A DNA stretch of 63,277 nucleotides, counting the filler, from Collodictyon triciliatum (lineage: Eukaryota): NCBI GenBank assembly GCA_043381765.1. It is 13 parts of 13 records of this genome, joined end to end, with 100 filler letters (N's around TTAATTAATTAA, not from the genome) between each part and the next. Parts side by side here need not be neighbours in the genome. Positions count along the whole stretch, not along the records: positions 1 to 4,847 come from JBHJMP010005707.1; positions 4,948 to 9,793 come from JBHJMP010005708.1; positions 9,894 to 14,739 come from JBHJMP010005709.1; positions 14,840 to 19,687 come from JBHJMP010005710.1; 9 more parts are not named here. One strand, 5' to 3'. Within the stretch, counting starts at the first letter, position 1. Each line of letters opens with the position of its first letter. The notes below the pieces were generated by a model. That model saw nothing but the letters and a program-made list of their open reading frames with translations. It searched no databases and was not told where the DNA came from. The position numbers and the translations under genes are program-made. Of the stretch, positions 1 through 15,159 are shown one piece after another.

Positions 1-1698
<1,698 letters not shown>

Positions 1699-2195
1699 TC
1701 GACACAACAATCCTTTCACTTTAATCCTTTTGCCTTTTCCATATTTTCTCCTTGATTGATATCCTGATGTATCTCATCCTTCTTTTGTGGCAACGATTCT
1801 TTAACCTGTTCCTTTACCTCTCACCACCAAATCCTCCTTCGAGGCGCAAGGGAATAAAGAAAACACCAAACTACTCAGCCTTTGAAAGGTGGTCAAAATG
1901 TCATATTTGGATGCGAGCTTCATACAAGTCTCCCGAAAATAGGCGTGCCAAGTGAGTTCACAATTAGACAAAATTGCAGCCATCTACCGACGCTCACTTT
2001 AATATGTCCCTTTTTCTTTTTCTTTCTTCTTTTTAATATCACGGATGAGAAGGACGATTCGGACATCATCTTGTCACTTTTTTTTTAATTTGTACCTATT
2101 GATATTCTGCTTTTTTACAGTTATAAGAAGTAAGACATTCAGCCCAAATGGGGGGGGATTATTTTGATGCTCAGGAATCACCATTAACAGGTGTC

Positions 2196-4675
2196 CTAGG
2201 AACCAGCATTCCTTGGTGAAAACGTAACTTTTCGCGGAATATCGCTAGGATTTGGAAGTGTCGATGGTGGTTTGGAGACAAGCATCGGGCGTCTGCCGCG
2301 TGGTGACGTCTTTGGATGTAAATAAGTTTTGCGAGCTGAAACAGGAGGAGAAACGACTGGGAATTGACGCTGTTCGGTTGCGGCTGTATCATCATCTCCA
2401 ACTAGTTGATTGGACTATGAATTTATGTATGTATGTATGTATGTATGTATGTATGTATGTATGTATGTATGTATGTATGTATGTATGTATGTATGTATGT
2501 ATGTATGTATGTATGTATGTATGTATGTATGTATGTATGAACGTAGTAATTTGACACGAGAAAAAACGTTTACCATCAGAGTAGTACACCCGCGTTGGTT
2601 CAGGTGTTGTTTTTGTTGAGCGGTCACTCATAAATGAAACCATGTCGCCTTCTGATATCCTTGACTGGTATTGGCGTTGGGTGAATATAATGCACAATAT
2701 TGTGCCGCCTCATATTTATTGGGAGCTTTTCGATCAAAAATTAATGATTCACGTATACATGTTGTTCTAGGAATTAAAAATAAAAAGAATGTACACTCAA
2801 AGCCGATGTTCGAGGGCGGCGTGTTACTGTTTGGACTATTTCTTCTATCTCCTGATTTATGGACAATTCATTAAACATTCGGTCCGTTTCTTCAAGACGA
2901 AGTCGTGTTTCGATAGAGTAAAGCCGAGCCTCCAAGACTTTGGTTATTGGTAAATTGGATATTCTCTTTATTAAGAATAAAATAGATACGTTAACATTCA
3001 TTTTAAATCCTATTCATATTTTCGGCGAAGTGTGTTACCAAAATATTGCTTCATAAATCAAAGCGAACTTGGTCAAAACCCTTCCTTCCCTTGAATCGAA
3101 TAAAGGGGAAAAAATGAACTTGTTCATGAATAAATTTATGATAAATGTATTCCTACTTCGATATATATATATTACCTGTAGAAGGTTGTTTTCTAATCTC
3201 TGAAATTCCTTCATCATAATGTCTTCAATTTGCTATGAAAAGATGAAAAACAACAACCAAGATTTATTTAACATCAATGGAGGAATGAGAATAATCGTAA
3301 GTCGTAGATGAAACATAAAGTGGAATTCACACTTCCAGACTCAACTCGAGGTAATATCATTTATGAAAATGTGGTTTAATTTGAATCAATGTCACGTTGG
3401 TTGTTTCAATAACTGGTCGATTACCCGTATGGAATCACCGATGAAGGAATCTGCTTGTTGCATTCTATTTTCAATTAAGCCAAATCTTTTTCTCACTTCC
3501 GTAAATTGCATGTCTACCGTGACAAGGCTGCCATCCACTTGTTTCTGTGTAATTATCACATATCGAAATATCAGTTATGTCTCAAATTTATTCAATAGAA
3601 TGGTAAATACATTAATAATTCGAGTATATCTCAGTACAAATTTTGATGTGACACCCTGCTCATTTTTGTGTCGATTGGATTCTTCCTCGGCCAGGAGCTT
3701 CCTCATTTCCTTATATCTGGATTCGATGAGAGCCTATTTAAATTCAAGAATTTACTATGCTTTTTTTTCATATGCTGGATGGCGAGTTCAATAGCATAGT
3801 CTATCCCTCAACCTCCAATGTTGCATCCATATCCCCCATAGATTTTGATAGTGTATCTATTCTAGAATCAAATTCGGTTATTCGAGACGATATTAATTCC
3901 TGCATTTGATCAGCTTGTTCGCTGAAAATATCCATTTTATTTTCGATACTCCGTTCTAGCACCTAATTTTACGTCGGTAATATATTTCAGAAAAGAAAAC
4001 GAAAAATTAGTATTAGTATGGGTAATGTAGGGATTCCTTTTCTATAAACTCAAAGTGCAGAATCATGTAAAATTAACGATAAATATAGAAAGTTAACATT
4101 AATGATTTGTCTTGATTGGTATTCTATTCGATCTGAAATAGCTTTCGAAAGTCCTTCTGTCGGGTTTTTTAATGCCCTACATTTTTTTTCCATTGTGGAT
4201 TATGTGCGCCAATTGATAATGAATGAAAAAAGGGGTAGATTTGGCTGAATGTGTATTTTCAAGAATTTCTTTTCTAGCTACAAATTTTCATATTCAAAGG
4301 TTACTCAATTAGGTGGTCCTTTTCATATCGTAGGATCTCAATCTCTTTGTTCATTGAACCGAAACGCGATCTGATGTCATCCACGTTGCTTTCCCACATC
4401 TTTTTCATGGACCGAATGTCTGAGCTAAAGCCATCCCGGTACGAATCTAGCTCCATTCTTCTGTCCTTGTCCTTCTGCAGAGTGGTTAATGAATCAAACA
4501 CGTGCATCAAGTATGTATGTAATTGTTGGCTTTACTATTCTTCAAAGATTTGTTTCACTTTATCCGATTCAAAGACTATTCACCATCTTAAAAGAATATG
4601 AAAATGACATACTTCTGTCAAATCTAGAATGTCGTCGCTGAGACTCCTGACTCTGTTGTTAACAGCTGAAATAGT
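2196..4675 (-). CDS. Uncharacterised coiled-coil protein, 3' part (about 10 exons), with disordered C-tail containing RKVTF
   Basis: Phase-consistent GT-AG exons: [21 protein letters not shown] / [12 protein letters not shown]...HLIE / [11 protein letters not shown]... / [11 protein letters not shown]... / [19 protein letters not shown] / ...[16 protein letters not shown]. The 5' end is cut by the scaffold edge. Confidence 0.7.
2425..2539. repeat. (TATG)n microsatellite in an intron; same unit at 4729-4847 and about 49249-49319
   Basis: Directly visible perfect tetranucleotide arrays; two of them end scaffolds. Confidence 0.97.
3065..3126 (+). mobile_element. Micro-retroposon insert (about 40 bp, 3076-3115) flanked by 11-bp TSD
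   Basis: AAACCCTTCCTTCCCTTGAATCGAATAAAGGGGAAAAAAT lies between GAACTTGGTCA (3065-3075) and GAACTTGTTCA (3116-3126). About 30 nt are identical to the copy at 31633-31662. Confidence 0.75.
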
Positions 4676-4847
4676 CTATATTAGATCAATCTCGTTATAA
4701 TGATGAAGCTGCATACACAGATAGAGTGATGTATGTATGTATGTATGTATGTATGTATGTATGTATGTATGTATGTATGTATGTATGTATGTATGTATGT
4801 ATGTATGTATGTATGTATGTATGTATGTATGTATGTATGTATGTATG

Positions 4848-4947
4848 NNNNNNNNNNNNNNNNNNNNNNNNNNNNNNNNNNNNNNNNNNNNTTAATTAAT
4901 TAANNNNNNNNNNNNNNNNNNNNNNNNNNNNNNNNNNNNNNNNNNNN
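4848..4947. other. Artificial scaffold linker N44-TTAATTAATTAA-N44; also at 9794-9893, 14740-14839, 19688-19787, 24630-24729, 29571-29670, 34512-34611, 39450-39549, 44386-44485, 49320-49419, 54253-54352, 59185-59284
   Basis: Twelve identical 100-bp spacers with stops in all six frames. Intervening pieces are 4.83-4.85 kb and nearly decreasing in length. Genes are truncated at the linkers. Confidence 0.98.
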
Positions 4948-5017
<70 letters not shown>

Positions 5018-5564
5018 AAAAAAAACAAAAAAAAACAAAAAACAAAAAAACAAAAAAACTAAAAAACTAAAAACTAAAAACTAAAAACTAAAAACTAAAT
5101 TAAAAAAATAAAAATTAAAAAACTAAAAACTAAAAATTAAAAAACTAAAAATTAAAAAACTAAAAATTAAAAAACTAAAAATTAAAAAACTAAAAATAAA
5201 AAAAAACTAAAAACTAAAAACTAAAAAACTAAAAAACTAAAAACTAAAAATTAAAAAACGAAAATGAAGTAAGAAATGCTACCTTTGCTTTTCTCAAAAT
5301 ATTTTCTTTCCATATTGTAGTAAATCAGATATCTTCAAAATTCCATTCGTAATTCTTATTGTTATAAAATCTATGTTTCCATTTCGCCACCCCCTTTTCG
5401 AATGTACTCTTGAAACAGGATACACCTCGTTCTTTCCTTACTCAAATCAACGATCTTCTTTATTTGTAAACAGCTTCGAAAAGCCTTGAAAAGTAATTTT
5501 TTTACTCTAAGTTCACATAGACAACTCCTTTTAGTTTATTCACGTCTCACTCTAATAGGTCTTG

Positions 5565-6625
5565 ATGGAAGATACAAGGTACATTCTCAATATTCACCGC
5601 GCTGATACAGGAGAGGTTATTAAATATAGTTCGCAGGGACGGCACACGTTGGTTTTGGATAACAATCTTTATTTTTTGGCCGACTCATGTTTCTATCATT
5701 ATCATTATCATTATCATTATCATTATCATTATCATTATCATTATCATTATCATTATCATTATCATTATCATTATCATTATCATTATCATTATCATTATCA
5801 TTATCATAGAAATCTATTTGCTTTCATATTCATTATAGCAATGCATCATTTTAGGATATCTGAACTGAAAAGTGATATCCAAACCCAAACCCAAATCGAT
5901 GCGTCCATCCAAATACTGATTTACGACGGAAAAAAACTTGACTCTCTAAAAGGGTTTTCAGAATGTGGATTTTCGAATGTATGTGCCACAAAAATTGTAT
6001 AATAATCAACACATACATACGATGCATTGTATTCGAAAAAGTCCTCCATCGTGTATTATAATTGATACTCTTGTCAACCACTTTATCATTCATCAATATT
6101 CTATTTGACTTATTCAATATTGCTTTAGATTATGACAGTCAAATTCATTTTTATTTCCACTGATTTCCCGAACACATTGAACGATTTTTTTTTTTTAAAA
6201 AAAATTCGCAAAAACTCAACACAAAATATTAGGCGAATGAAAATCAAGTATTCATGTTTCCTAAATTCATGATGGAGACAAATATGACGAATAAATCAGA
6301 ATTCAAGCTGATATATCCACAAAGACCAGGTAATTGCAGCGTAAATATTGATTGATGTTAATTACATCCATTTCATTCATTTTTTTCTTAAGCCTGTGAT
6401 TAACCCGAGCTGGATGTTATTCTCGGAGCATTTTTATCTTTCGATGATATGTGGCATTATCCATCTCCTGAGGGAGGCTGATTCATTTATATATTCATTT
6501 TCATTAAAAATTTAAATAGTTCCTTTCATATTAATACAGTGCCACTCGAGCCTGCACATCCAACCAGAGACAAATGCGCCTTTTATCGAGCAAAGTTTTC
6601 GTTTCAATCGGAGTGGGGACAGGTG
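5565..6625 (+). CDS. Protein with N-terminal ubiquitin-like domain resembling the Atg11/RB1CC1(FIP200) N-terminus; runs into N-gap 6829-7391
   Basis: Spliced exons give MEDTRYILNIHRADTGEVIKYSSQGRHT-ISELKSDIQTQTQIDASIQILIYDGKKLDSLKGFSECGFSN-ANENQVFMFPKFMM. The pattern (TG...V..LK..I.....I....Q.L...G...V/IF.F.K) resembles the FIP200/Atg11 Ubl region as recalled. Confidence 0.6.
5693..5807. repeat. (TATCAT)n intronic microsatellite
   Basis: Perfect hexamer array; it produces the spurious YHYH ORF. Confidence 0.95.
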
Positions 6626-7453
6626 TTGCCACTTGAGTTCTTTTTCTTTTCTTATTTTTCCCCCTGAAACTTTCACAAGAATCAATTTTTTCTTTACTCC
6701 TAATTTATTAGCGGGCTTGCTGATCAATTCGCACTTAAACTAATTTACTGCACATTTTATCTGGCAACCGACAACACAGCTTCTTTGGATGTCTATTAAA
6801 ATTCCTTCTCTCTCTCTCTTTTTTTTTTNNNNNNNNNNNNNNNNNNNNNNNNNNNNNNNNNNNNNNNNNNNNNNNNNNNNNNNNNNNNNNNNNNNNNNNN
6901 NNNNNNNNNNNNNNNNNNNNNNNNNNNNNNNNNNNNNNNNNNNNNNNNNNNNNNNNNNNNNNNNNNNNNNNNNNNNNNNNNNNNNNNNNNNNNNNNNNNN
7001 NNNNNNNNNNNNNNNNNNNNNNNNNNNNNNNNNNNNNNNNNNNNNNNNNNNNNNNNNNNNNNNNNNNNNNNNNNNNNNNNNNNNNNNNNNNNNNNNNNNN
7101 NNNNNNNNNNNNNNNNNNNNNNNNNNNNNNNNNNNNNNNNNNNNNNNNNNNNNNNNNNNNNNNNNNNNNNNNNNNNNNNNNNNNNNNNNNNNNNNNNNNN
7201 NNNNNNNNNNNNNNNNNNNNNNNNNNNNNNNNNNNNNNNNNNNNNNNNNNNNNNNNNNNNNNNNNNNNNNNNNNNNNNNNNNNNNNNNNNNNNNNNNNNN
7301 NNNNNNNNNNNNNNNNNNNNNNNNNNNNNNNNNNNNNNNNNNNNNNNNNNNNNNNNNNNNNNNNNNNNNNNNNNNNNNNNNNNNNNNNNNNCTGCAGTTA
7401 GAACTGAAATCAGTAGGACAAATGCATCTGATTTCAATTCAAGCATTTTCTTA

Positions 7454-8003
7454 GACTTGGATGACCTCACGAACCCAAGGAATCAATCTCATCAGTCTGA
7501 AGCATTACAGTTATCAGAATTAGATAATCCACAACCTATCCCTATTACAAACCTTCAGGGAAATCACATACATCGCCAAGGAGCCCATGATACATCATTA
7601 GCTGTGCGTGAATATAATACCCAAACTCACTCAGATAATCGAGTCCGATTTTCTGACCACTATAGCGAAAGCACATTTGTGACGTCTGCTTTCGACAAGA
7701 GACCATCCTCCCCACCAACAAAGGATACTGTATCAAATTCAGCTCGAATGTCAGAGACTATCTCTCAAAGTCAACATGGTAACTCTTTACCGGGTAAGCC
7801 CGAAGCCAACCACACCCAAATCCTCAGAGGCTTTCCTACAAAGTCCTCCGCTATTCACGACTTTGACTTTGGTGTTGGAGTTAAGCTGGCCAAATCGCAT
7901 GACATCCATAAAACAGATAGAAAGGTATTGCAGTAGAGCAGTTTTTTTTTTAATTTTTCCTTCGTTTTCCTCTGGACAGGCGAGACTTTATGGCTATTAT
8001 TAG
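7454..8003 (+). CDS. Ser/Thr/Gln-rich disordered exon(s), possibly the 3' end of the Ubl-domain gene
   Basis: A long open exon after TTCTTAG (LDDLTNPRNQ...KTDRK), a donor AAG/GTATTG, then a short terminal exon ARLYGYY*. Linkage across the N-gap is unproven. Confidence 0.45.
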
Positions 8004-9321
8004 AAGGTCTAAATGCATTCAAGGCTAATGGAGCCAAACAAATGAGCATTAACTGATAAGCTCTTTATGCTGTAAGAGTGGTTGACCATACGACCTTACT
8101 AACTACTGCTGTATTCACATAAAATAGGGAGAATATATTGCACGCGTGTTCCCTTCTAGCGAATCTCATCGCGGAGCACCAGAGTTTGACCAATTGGATG
8201 AACGTCATCAGGGGTACTTGCATCCTCGTGTGACTCTCACAACGTCTCCGCGCCATTTGGTGCTTGCTAATGCCCATGCAGCTTCAGGACTTGCAGACAA
8301 CAGTGGGGATGACTTGGACATTACACTTGAACCTGACAATCATTCTGTTGTTTATGACTTTATTACACGGCTTGCTAATTGACTGAAAGAATCCGACATA
8401 TCGCATCTAGGATGCTGGATGAGCAGCAGAATAAAACAAAGACCTCCTCATATCATGACAACGATTATTTTTTTTTCATTTTTTCTATCGTCTCATACAG
8501 CCTTCTCTTGCTCAAATACTGGAAACGTCATATTGTACAGACATAGGCACAAAAATCCTGGGGAGACACTTGACACTCACTTTTTTTTTTAACAGAAAGG
8601 AGATTTTAAGGAAATATGGGAAGAAGCGTACATATACTGGGTTACTTCAAAAGGGTATGGCCTGGGTGGACGATACCTTTTCATAATATATTCAGATGAT
8701 ACAGATTGGTCGATATGTATAAAATCATCCTGAAGAGGCGAGTGACAATTTCTTGACTATTTATGAGTATATACATTTAGTATTCGAACATGAGAAGTTG
8801 GGATGTGTCCCTGCGTTATCGGCTTAGATATGACCTGTGTGATAGACTAGTTCGCACAATCTGCAAGAAGGTAAGATGATGTCTTTTACCACACAGCTTT
8901 GTGCAACCATACGCCTCTACTTTTTCAGGTGTATAGCTTGATCGCTTATACTGTGTTGATTAAAAAAAAAAAAAAAAAGGTAAGAAATTGAAGAATGAAT
9001 TGTCCCCTAAAGATCCGGTGGTAGTGGATCGACAATTACCACATCTAATAGATTCAAACTCAGAAACAAGAGTGAATGAAGATATAATCCGACAAAAATC
9101 ATTAATTAGAGCGGGCAGAACAGCTGCACAATCGTTTGACTAGTTTACTTTCACATATACTTGTAAGATGGGCTGCAGGTCTTACAGCTGATTTGCAGTA
9201 GAGCATTTTTCCGAATAGAAAATGGGGAAATTTATTTTGGATGAGCTGGTCAACTCCATTTAAGAGAAAATCCTATCAAGTAGTGAAAAAAAAAAAATCA
9301 GTGACCTGGACGCCTTGGCGA

Positions 9322-9525
9322 TTATCCTTGAGTCTTCTTCTTCCTTTTCACAACATTGCTTGGTGTGGGTTGTGGCGCAACTGGTGTGGTTGAAGAGGTC
9401 TTTTCTTTTTTGGCTGTGAGAACATCTATGACGGCCACAACATCACTTTTGAAGACATCATACAAAAATTCTCCTTGTTCAGTAAAGTAGTTGCAGATGG
9501 ACTGACTGAATTCTTGCTTCAAAGT
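9322..9525 (-). CDS. SPCS2: Signal peptidase complex subunit 2 (SPC25/SPCS2), last exon
   Basis: TLKQEFSQSICNYFTEQGEFLYDVFKSDVVAVIDVL resembles the SPCS2 C-terminal motif (EFTKSIAKFFD..G.L..D.Y...I..L). It follows a TAG acceptor; upstream exons lie beyond the scaffold edge. Confidence 0.7.
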   Translation of the reverse strand, partial: TLKQEFSQSICNYFTEQGEFLYDVFKSDVVAVIDVLTAKKEKTSSTTPVAPQPTPSNVVKRKKKTQG

Positions 9526-9590
9526 CTATAAATGATGGATTTATACCTATGGGTCAAATCCTTTCTCTAAATAAACTGTTGAAATGGAAT

Positions 9591-9649
<59 letters not shown>

Positions 9650-9654
9650 TAAAA

Positions 9655-9704
<50 letters not shown>

Positions 9705-9902
9705 AAGAAAAACAGAAGAAAAAAAGGTAAAATTTTAATTTTTTTTTTTTTGCAAAAAACAATACCGTTTAAACACAAATGAAAATACGGTCANNNNNNN
9801 NNNNNNNNNNNNNNNNNNNNNNNNNNNNNNNNNNNNNTTAATTAATTAANNNNNNNNNNNNNNNNNNNNNNNNNNNNNNNNNNNNNNNNNNNNGGGGGGG
9901 GG

Positions 9903-9933
<31 letters not shown>

Positions 9934-10193
9934 AAGGGGGGGGGGGGGGGGGGGGGGGAGGGGGTGAGTGATAGAAGTAAATAAAAACACAAACATTGGC
10001 AAAGCAATCATTAAATCAACATGAACCTCGACTAATATAGCCATTATGTACTTTTCTCAATCAAAATATGTTTTTTTTGTACAAAAAAGTTAAATATAAT
10101 AAAAAAGGAAATGATAATCTATCCAAGATTGGTCACTCTCAACTAATCGTAGACTCAGGGTGTGGACAACTGAAGGGGGCACTTGAAGTTTGT

Positions 10194-13100
10194 TCAACTT
10201 ACTGACGAATTTTCTTCTATATCAAGGTCATCGTCTTCATCGGTGTTTTGAGGACCGGCGAATATGTTCACACCTATGTCTTGACGACGAACAGGCTCTT
10301 TGCGGCTGACATGTGTGAAATCTTGGGCTCGTTTCTTTCGTTCTAGTCACGAGAGGACATGGAAAGCGATACACGAGCATAAACCCAACCATTAGAGTTT
10401 GATGAAATAATAGTAAGAAACAAGGGAAAAAATTGTATATTAAAATAATCATGCCTACCTCGCCCAACAATAGATTTTCCTATTTCTACTACTTCATTTT
10501 TTATTTCTTTCTTCACCAGGGCAAACTTGTCAACATGGCAGCATTTAAGCAGCTTTGCACTGAGATTGAAGAGAAAGAAGACACACAAAACTACATAGAA
10601 TATCAATGTTATCATTTAGAGACTAAAGTCATGGTTGGTAATTATCAAATGAAATGAATACATAACAGAGACTCTTGGCGTTGCAGTGATATAAATATGA
10701 TAACCAAACTAAAGTACTGTATGGACAGATAAATGATGAAGAAAACGCAAATTGGTTCATAAAAAAAATCAACAGAACTCATCACTCTAACTTGTAAAAA
10801 AAAAAAAAAAAATGCTTACGAAATGAGCACTTACATATTAGAATGATTGGGAAATAAAGATTGAACGTTTGGCCAAACAGAGGAATAACTTCCATCGTAC
10901 CCATAATCTGAATGAGGTAAATTTCAGAGATAAGATTTATCACATCTTTCATCTAGAACATGAAAATAATATCATTGGAAATTTTTTGCTGTAATTACTT
11001 TCGCCAACGAAGTGTCTTGGTATTCATTCACGAGAAAGAGGAAATTATATGCAGTGGGCATAGCAAGTCGAAATAAATATCTAAACCCCCATAACTTAAT
11101 TTACTTGACTTTGAGGAAATGTTTGTGTAAATTTAAAATAGAAAAGAAGGCATGCATCGTTTAAAAAAAAAAAAGGCGACTTTATTGACTATGTACTTTA
11201 AAAAAACGTAACTTACGTGGAACTCATGAGCAAACTATTTGGGTCATTTTCCTGTCCCGGGAGCAAAACATAAAAGTTTGACAGTCTAAATTGAAGAAGA
11301 CTCCAATATGCACACAAAGTGATATAGGATAAGGGGACTAATGTGACTGCCTGAATTTTTAGTTTTGATCAGTAGAATACGGGGATTAGTTCACCATACA
11401 TGATCGCAGCAATATCATGCAAACTTTGATGGTCAGTAAAATTACATGAGACGAAAAGAGAGAAAAATATGATATTCACATGAATTCAGATATCTATTTT
11501 AGCAGGAAAATTATAGAACCTGGTAGGATAAAACAGATTTCGCGTTTTCCAAAGCGATGGTGAATAGAGAAAGGTTCTCCATATCTTCTGCAAAAACGGT
11601 GGATTCACACCAAACAACCGTAAGTGATAAAATAACTAGAAAAACTGTCACAATTTTCAACGTCCATGGTCTGACTCGAGCCTCCCAGTAAGCCCCTGAA
11701 TTCATCAAAAAGATATGGTTAACTGTGGGACTAATTGTCATTTATTGTCTATGATTATATCAAAGAATCCCCTTATGAATACAAAAGCGGAAATTATCGG
11801 CTTGTAAGCGTAATTGTGCGTTCATGTAAAAGCATTAACTCACTAGTCAATGCACGATAATATGAAAAAGAAGCTGGCTCCGGCTTCACTCCATTCCCAG
11901 AAAATTGTGTCAAGTCTCCGAAATATCTTGATAGTTGATAATTGCGATTTAATCAAGGGATGAAAAGGTTAAATAATCATTTGAGAAAAGGGAAAAGGTG
12001 CTGGTAATTAGGATATTCTAAAAAAATTTTAAAAAAAAAACAATCGTAAATCATTTCATACTCCACATCTTTTTCTTGCAAAGCAATTACTTCTTCAGTT
12101 CGAATGGCACTGGATATGTTGTCTTCTAATTGCCTATTTCATAGTGTAGGAGCAGAAAAATGAAATAACGTTTCTAATTTTAGAGGAAATTCTAAAATAT
12201 TGACAAAGTAATTACTTTTAAGCCTAGGCATTTTTATTTCAGCATAGTCTTTGTTTGTTAGTTTTTATTGATGAAAATTGTTTCAAAGGGCACCTTTTAG
12301 ATCGAAGATATTTATCAAGAGCAGACTGCATATTTCTCATCACTTCAGCCAGGTCAGATTTTGTTACTTTTGTTGGGTCACCATAACGTTTAAGTATATC
12401 CGGCTTTGTCTCAGGTTTGGCTATTTTCAACGCATCGGGTGGAGCCTGTAAATCAAGTATCCCAATATTAATATCCACAATAGGGTTTATATATGATATG
12501 CATTTACAAATATTTTCATATTGAATTATATAAGTGTGCATATATATCCTCGAATGTGAAAGATTGCAATCTATCTTACAATCGATATAATTTTTTCCAC
12601 ACAAAATCGGTACGGGTGAGTTGCGTCGATTCTCTCTTGAAGAACTTTTGTAATCTATTTTATAAAGGTCAATAAGTTTAAAATTGCAAATTTATGTTAT
12701 TATCAATCATGTCCGTTCTAATCAATATTGGTTCCACAGACTATAAGACGTGAAAATATTATCCTTTACTTAAAGAAGAAGAAGAAGAAAAAAAAAAAGA
12801 ACAATTATTCAAAGAAAACTGACAACTGCACACAGGAGATTCAAAGGAATGGAATGGGAATATTACGCGAAGACAGTTGACTATTTCAGAGCGTGCTTCG
12901 TCCATCTCGTCTTGAAAAGTAGCGACATTCCAAAAATATTGCATCAAAGCATTTTCATTGTTTGAGCGAAACCAGACAGAACGAGGAAATTCCACCAAAC
13001 CATCTGGAGTGGAAATAAGGCAATTAAGCAGGAGACCGCGAGGTCTGATTATATAAGTATAATTGTTAAACAGAATGAACTTCAAGTAACTTTAACTAAT

Positions 13101-14464
13101 TAGATGAATAAGGAAGAAGACATATTTTTATATGTTAAAAATAAAGCATGAATGATACAGATTTAAAAAAGTAAATCGTTTTTATTTCAGTACTTCGGAG
13201 ATTAAGTGAGGAAATGAGTTAGATTTATTTTATCAATATTATTACATCCCAGTAGAACGAACAGAAGTAATAGTCCAGAAGTGTTTGTCATGGCTGCCAA
13301 TACACCTTGCATACCTTCTCTGTGTGTAACATTTGAAGAAAAATGGTTGCCTTTTATTCATCCCGTTTTGGAAATTTGTTAAATGAAAGAAAATATAGTG
13401 TATCTTAAAGAAAAAGTCCCGGAAACGTAAAAAGTAATAATAAAGAGGAGAACATATGGCGCGCAAATAAAAAAAAAAATAGAACGGAGAATAATATCAA
13501 ATATAAAAAAAAAAAACATTTAACATTCTGGTGAGGATATGTGAGCCATTTGATGGGCCACCCTTTGAAAATATATGATATTTGAAAGAGTTTTATGTAA
13601 ATCATACGCTGAGAGGCCTTGAGTGAAATACAGGTAAGAGACCAGTCCCACTAGGCCTAGGATACAAGCGAAGTAGAATAGGAAGGTAACTCGTAGAGAA
13701 TATTTGCACTTATCCCAGAAGGTAAAGTGACCAGACTCTAAAAACCCTTGAATGAAGGGAACTATCACCCTGTAAGTGTTTGACGTTAATTGGATGGAAA
13801 CAGCCTCTGTTCATGTATTAACAGCGAAATAAATGACGAGGAATAAGAGAGGAAAACGAAAAAGGAAAAGGAAAAGGAAAAGACAGAGGAAAGAAAAGGA
13901 CCAAGACAATGGTAGGAAAAGAAATATTCACGAAGCGAAATAATAAGTAGGCAAACCAGGTATGAAGGGCTGAAGAGAAGAAGAGAAAGCTCCAGATTGG
14001 ATGAAAAACATCTGATTTAACCTCTGTCCAGTTGATGCAGTTGGGTTCGTTTGTTTCACGACAGGCTTCTGATTGCGTCTGAATATATGAATTAATTTGT
14101 TTTGTTTTGTTTTGGATAAGTAGATAAGTGGATGAATGGATGGCAAAGAGAGGGAGGAGTGGTAGTCTTTAAATAATCTGAAAGGAGAAATTGGCTTGAT
14201 GTTAAAACATTATGTAGATGAGGTGAAAACGGAAAGGGACGGAAAAAAATCTCCATGGAAAAAGATAAGTGAAGAGAAGGGACATACAGCGATCAGGTCA
14301 GTCGGCACCAGGACGATGGTCAGCATGGAGAATAAGTAACCAGTGAAAACAGCAAAGTTTACGACAAAAGAGAGTCTTCGAAAAGGAACGTACAGGTGAA
14401 ACATGTAAAAGGTGAGGGCGAGGCAGATGAAGGCCTCAAAGCCGAGGAAAGCAAGCAGTTCCAT
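10194..14464 (-). CDS. LMBRD2: LMBR1-domain membrane protein (LMBRD2-like), about 15 exons, apparently complete
   Basis: MELLAFLGF...LVPTDL / W.IVPFIQGFLESGHFTFWDK / NTSGLLLLFVLLGYGLVEFPRSVW / LSLTVVWCE / YITLCAYWSLLQFRLSNFY / RLAMPTAYNFL / IMGTMEVIPLFG..FNLYFPI are characteristic LMBR1-family motifs. Confidence 0.9.
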
Positions 14465-15159
14465 TTCTCAAGGGCCCTTCTAATCCGCCAGTGAGGATAT
14501 GATGCACGATCGGGTGAGAGTGTTCCAAGCACGCTTCGGAGAAGGAAGGGTTTTAGGTTTGTCAAGGTCGCACGCAGGCTTTGCTTTTTCTGGTTTTTTT
14601 ATGTTTTTTTTATGTTTTTTTTATGTTTTTTTTATGTTTTTTTATGTTTTTTTATGTTTTTTTATGTTTTTTTATGTTTTTTATGTTTTTTATGTTTTTT
14701 TATGTTTTTTTATGTTTTTTTATGTTTTTTTTATGTTTTNNNNNNNNNNNNNNNNNNNNNNNNNNNNNNNNNNNNNNNNNNNNTTAATTAATTAANNNNN
14801 NNNNNNNNNNNNNNNNNNNNNNNNNNNNNNNNNNNNNNNAAAGGAAAAGAAGAGAGAAAAGAAGAGAGAAAAGAATAGAAAAGAATAGAAAAGAATAGAA
14901 AAGAATAGAAAAGAATAGAAAAGAATAGAAAAGAATAGAAAAGAATAGAAAAGAAGAGAAAAGAAGAGAAAAGAAGAGAAAAGAAGAGAAAAGAATAGAA
15001 AAGAAGAGAAAAGAAGAGAAATTGTTTATTGACAAATTTGTATAGAAAACGATTTGAATATATGTATATATTTTAAAAGAAAAAGAAAAAAAAGATAACT
15101 CCTTGCAGACATTTAAAGGGATAGGAATCTGGACAAGTTATAAAAGTTGGCTCAGCAAA

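Noticed and set aside
2196-6330. Split Atg11 made of a coiled-coil gene head-to-head with the Ubl gene (ISEGDMVSF looked claw-like)
   Set aside because: The genes are on different scaffolds separated by a linker, and correct splicing turns the claw-like segment into a disordered tail.
9547-9990. Poly-K, poly-F and poly-P ORFs, and other repeat ORFs (YVCM, TNKQ, RERE, YHYH)
   Set aside because: They are translations of microsatellites, homopolymers and low-quality scaffold ends; the poly-G run may be a sequencing artefact.
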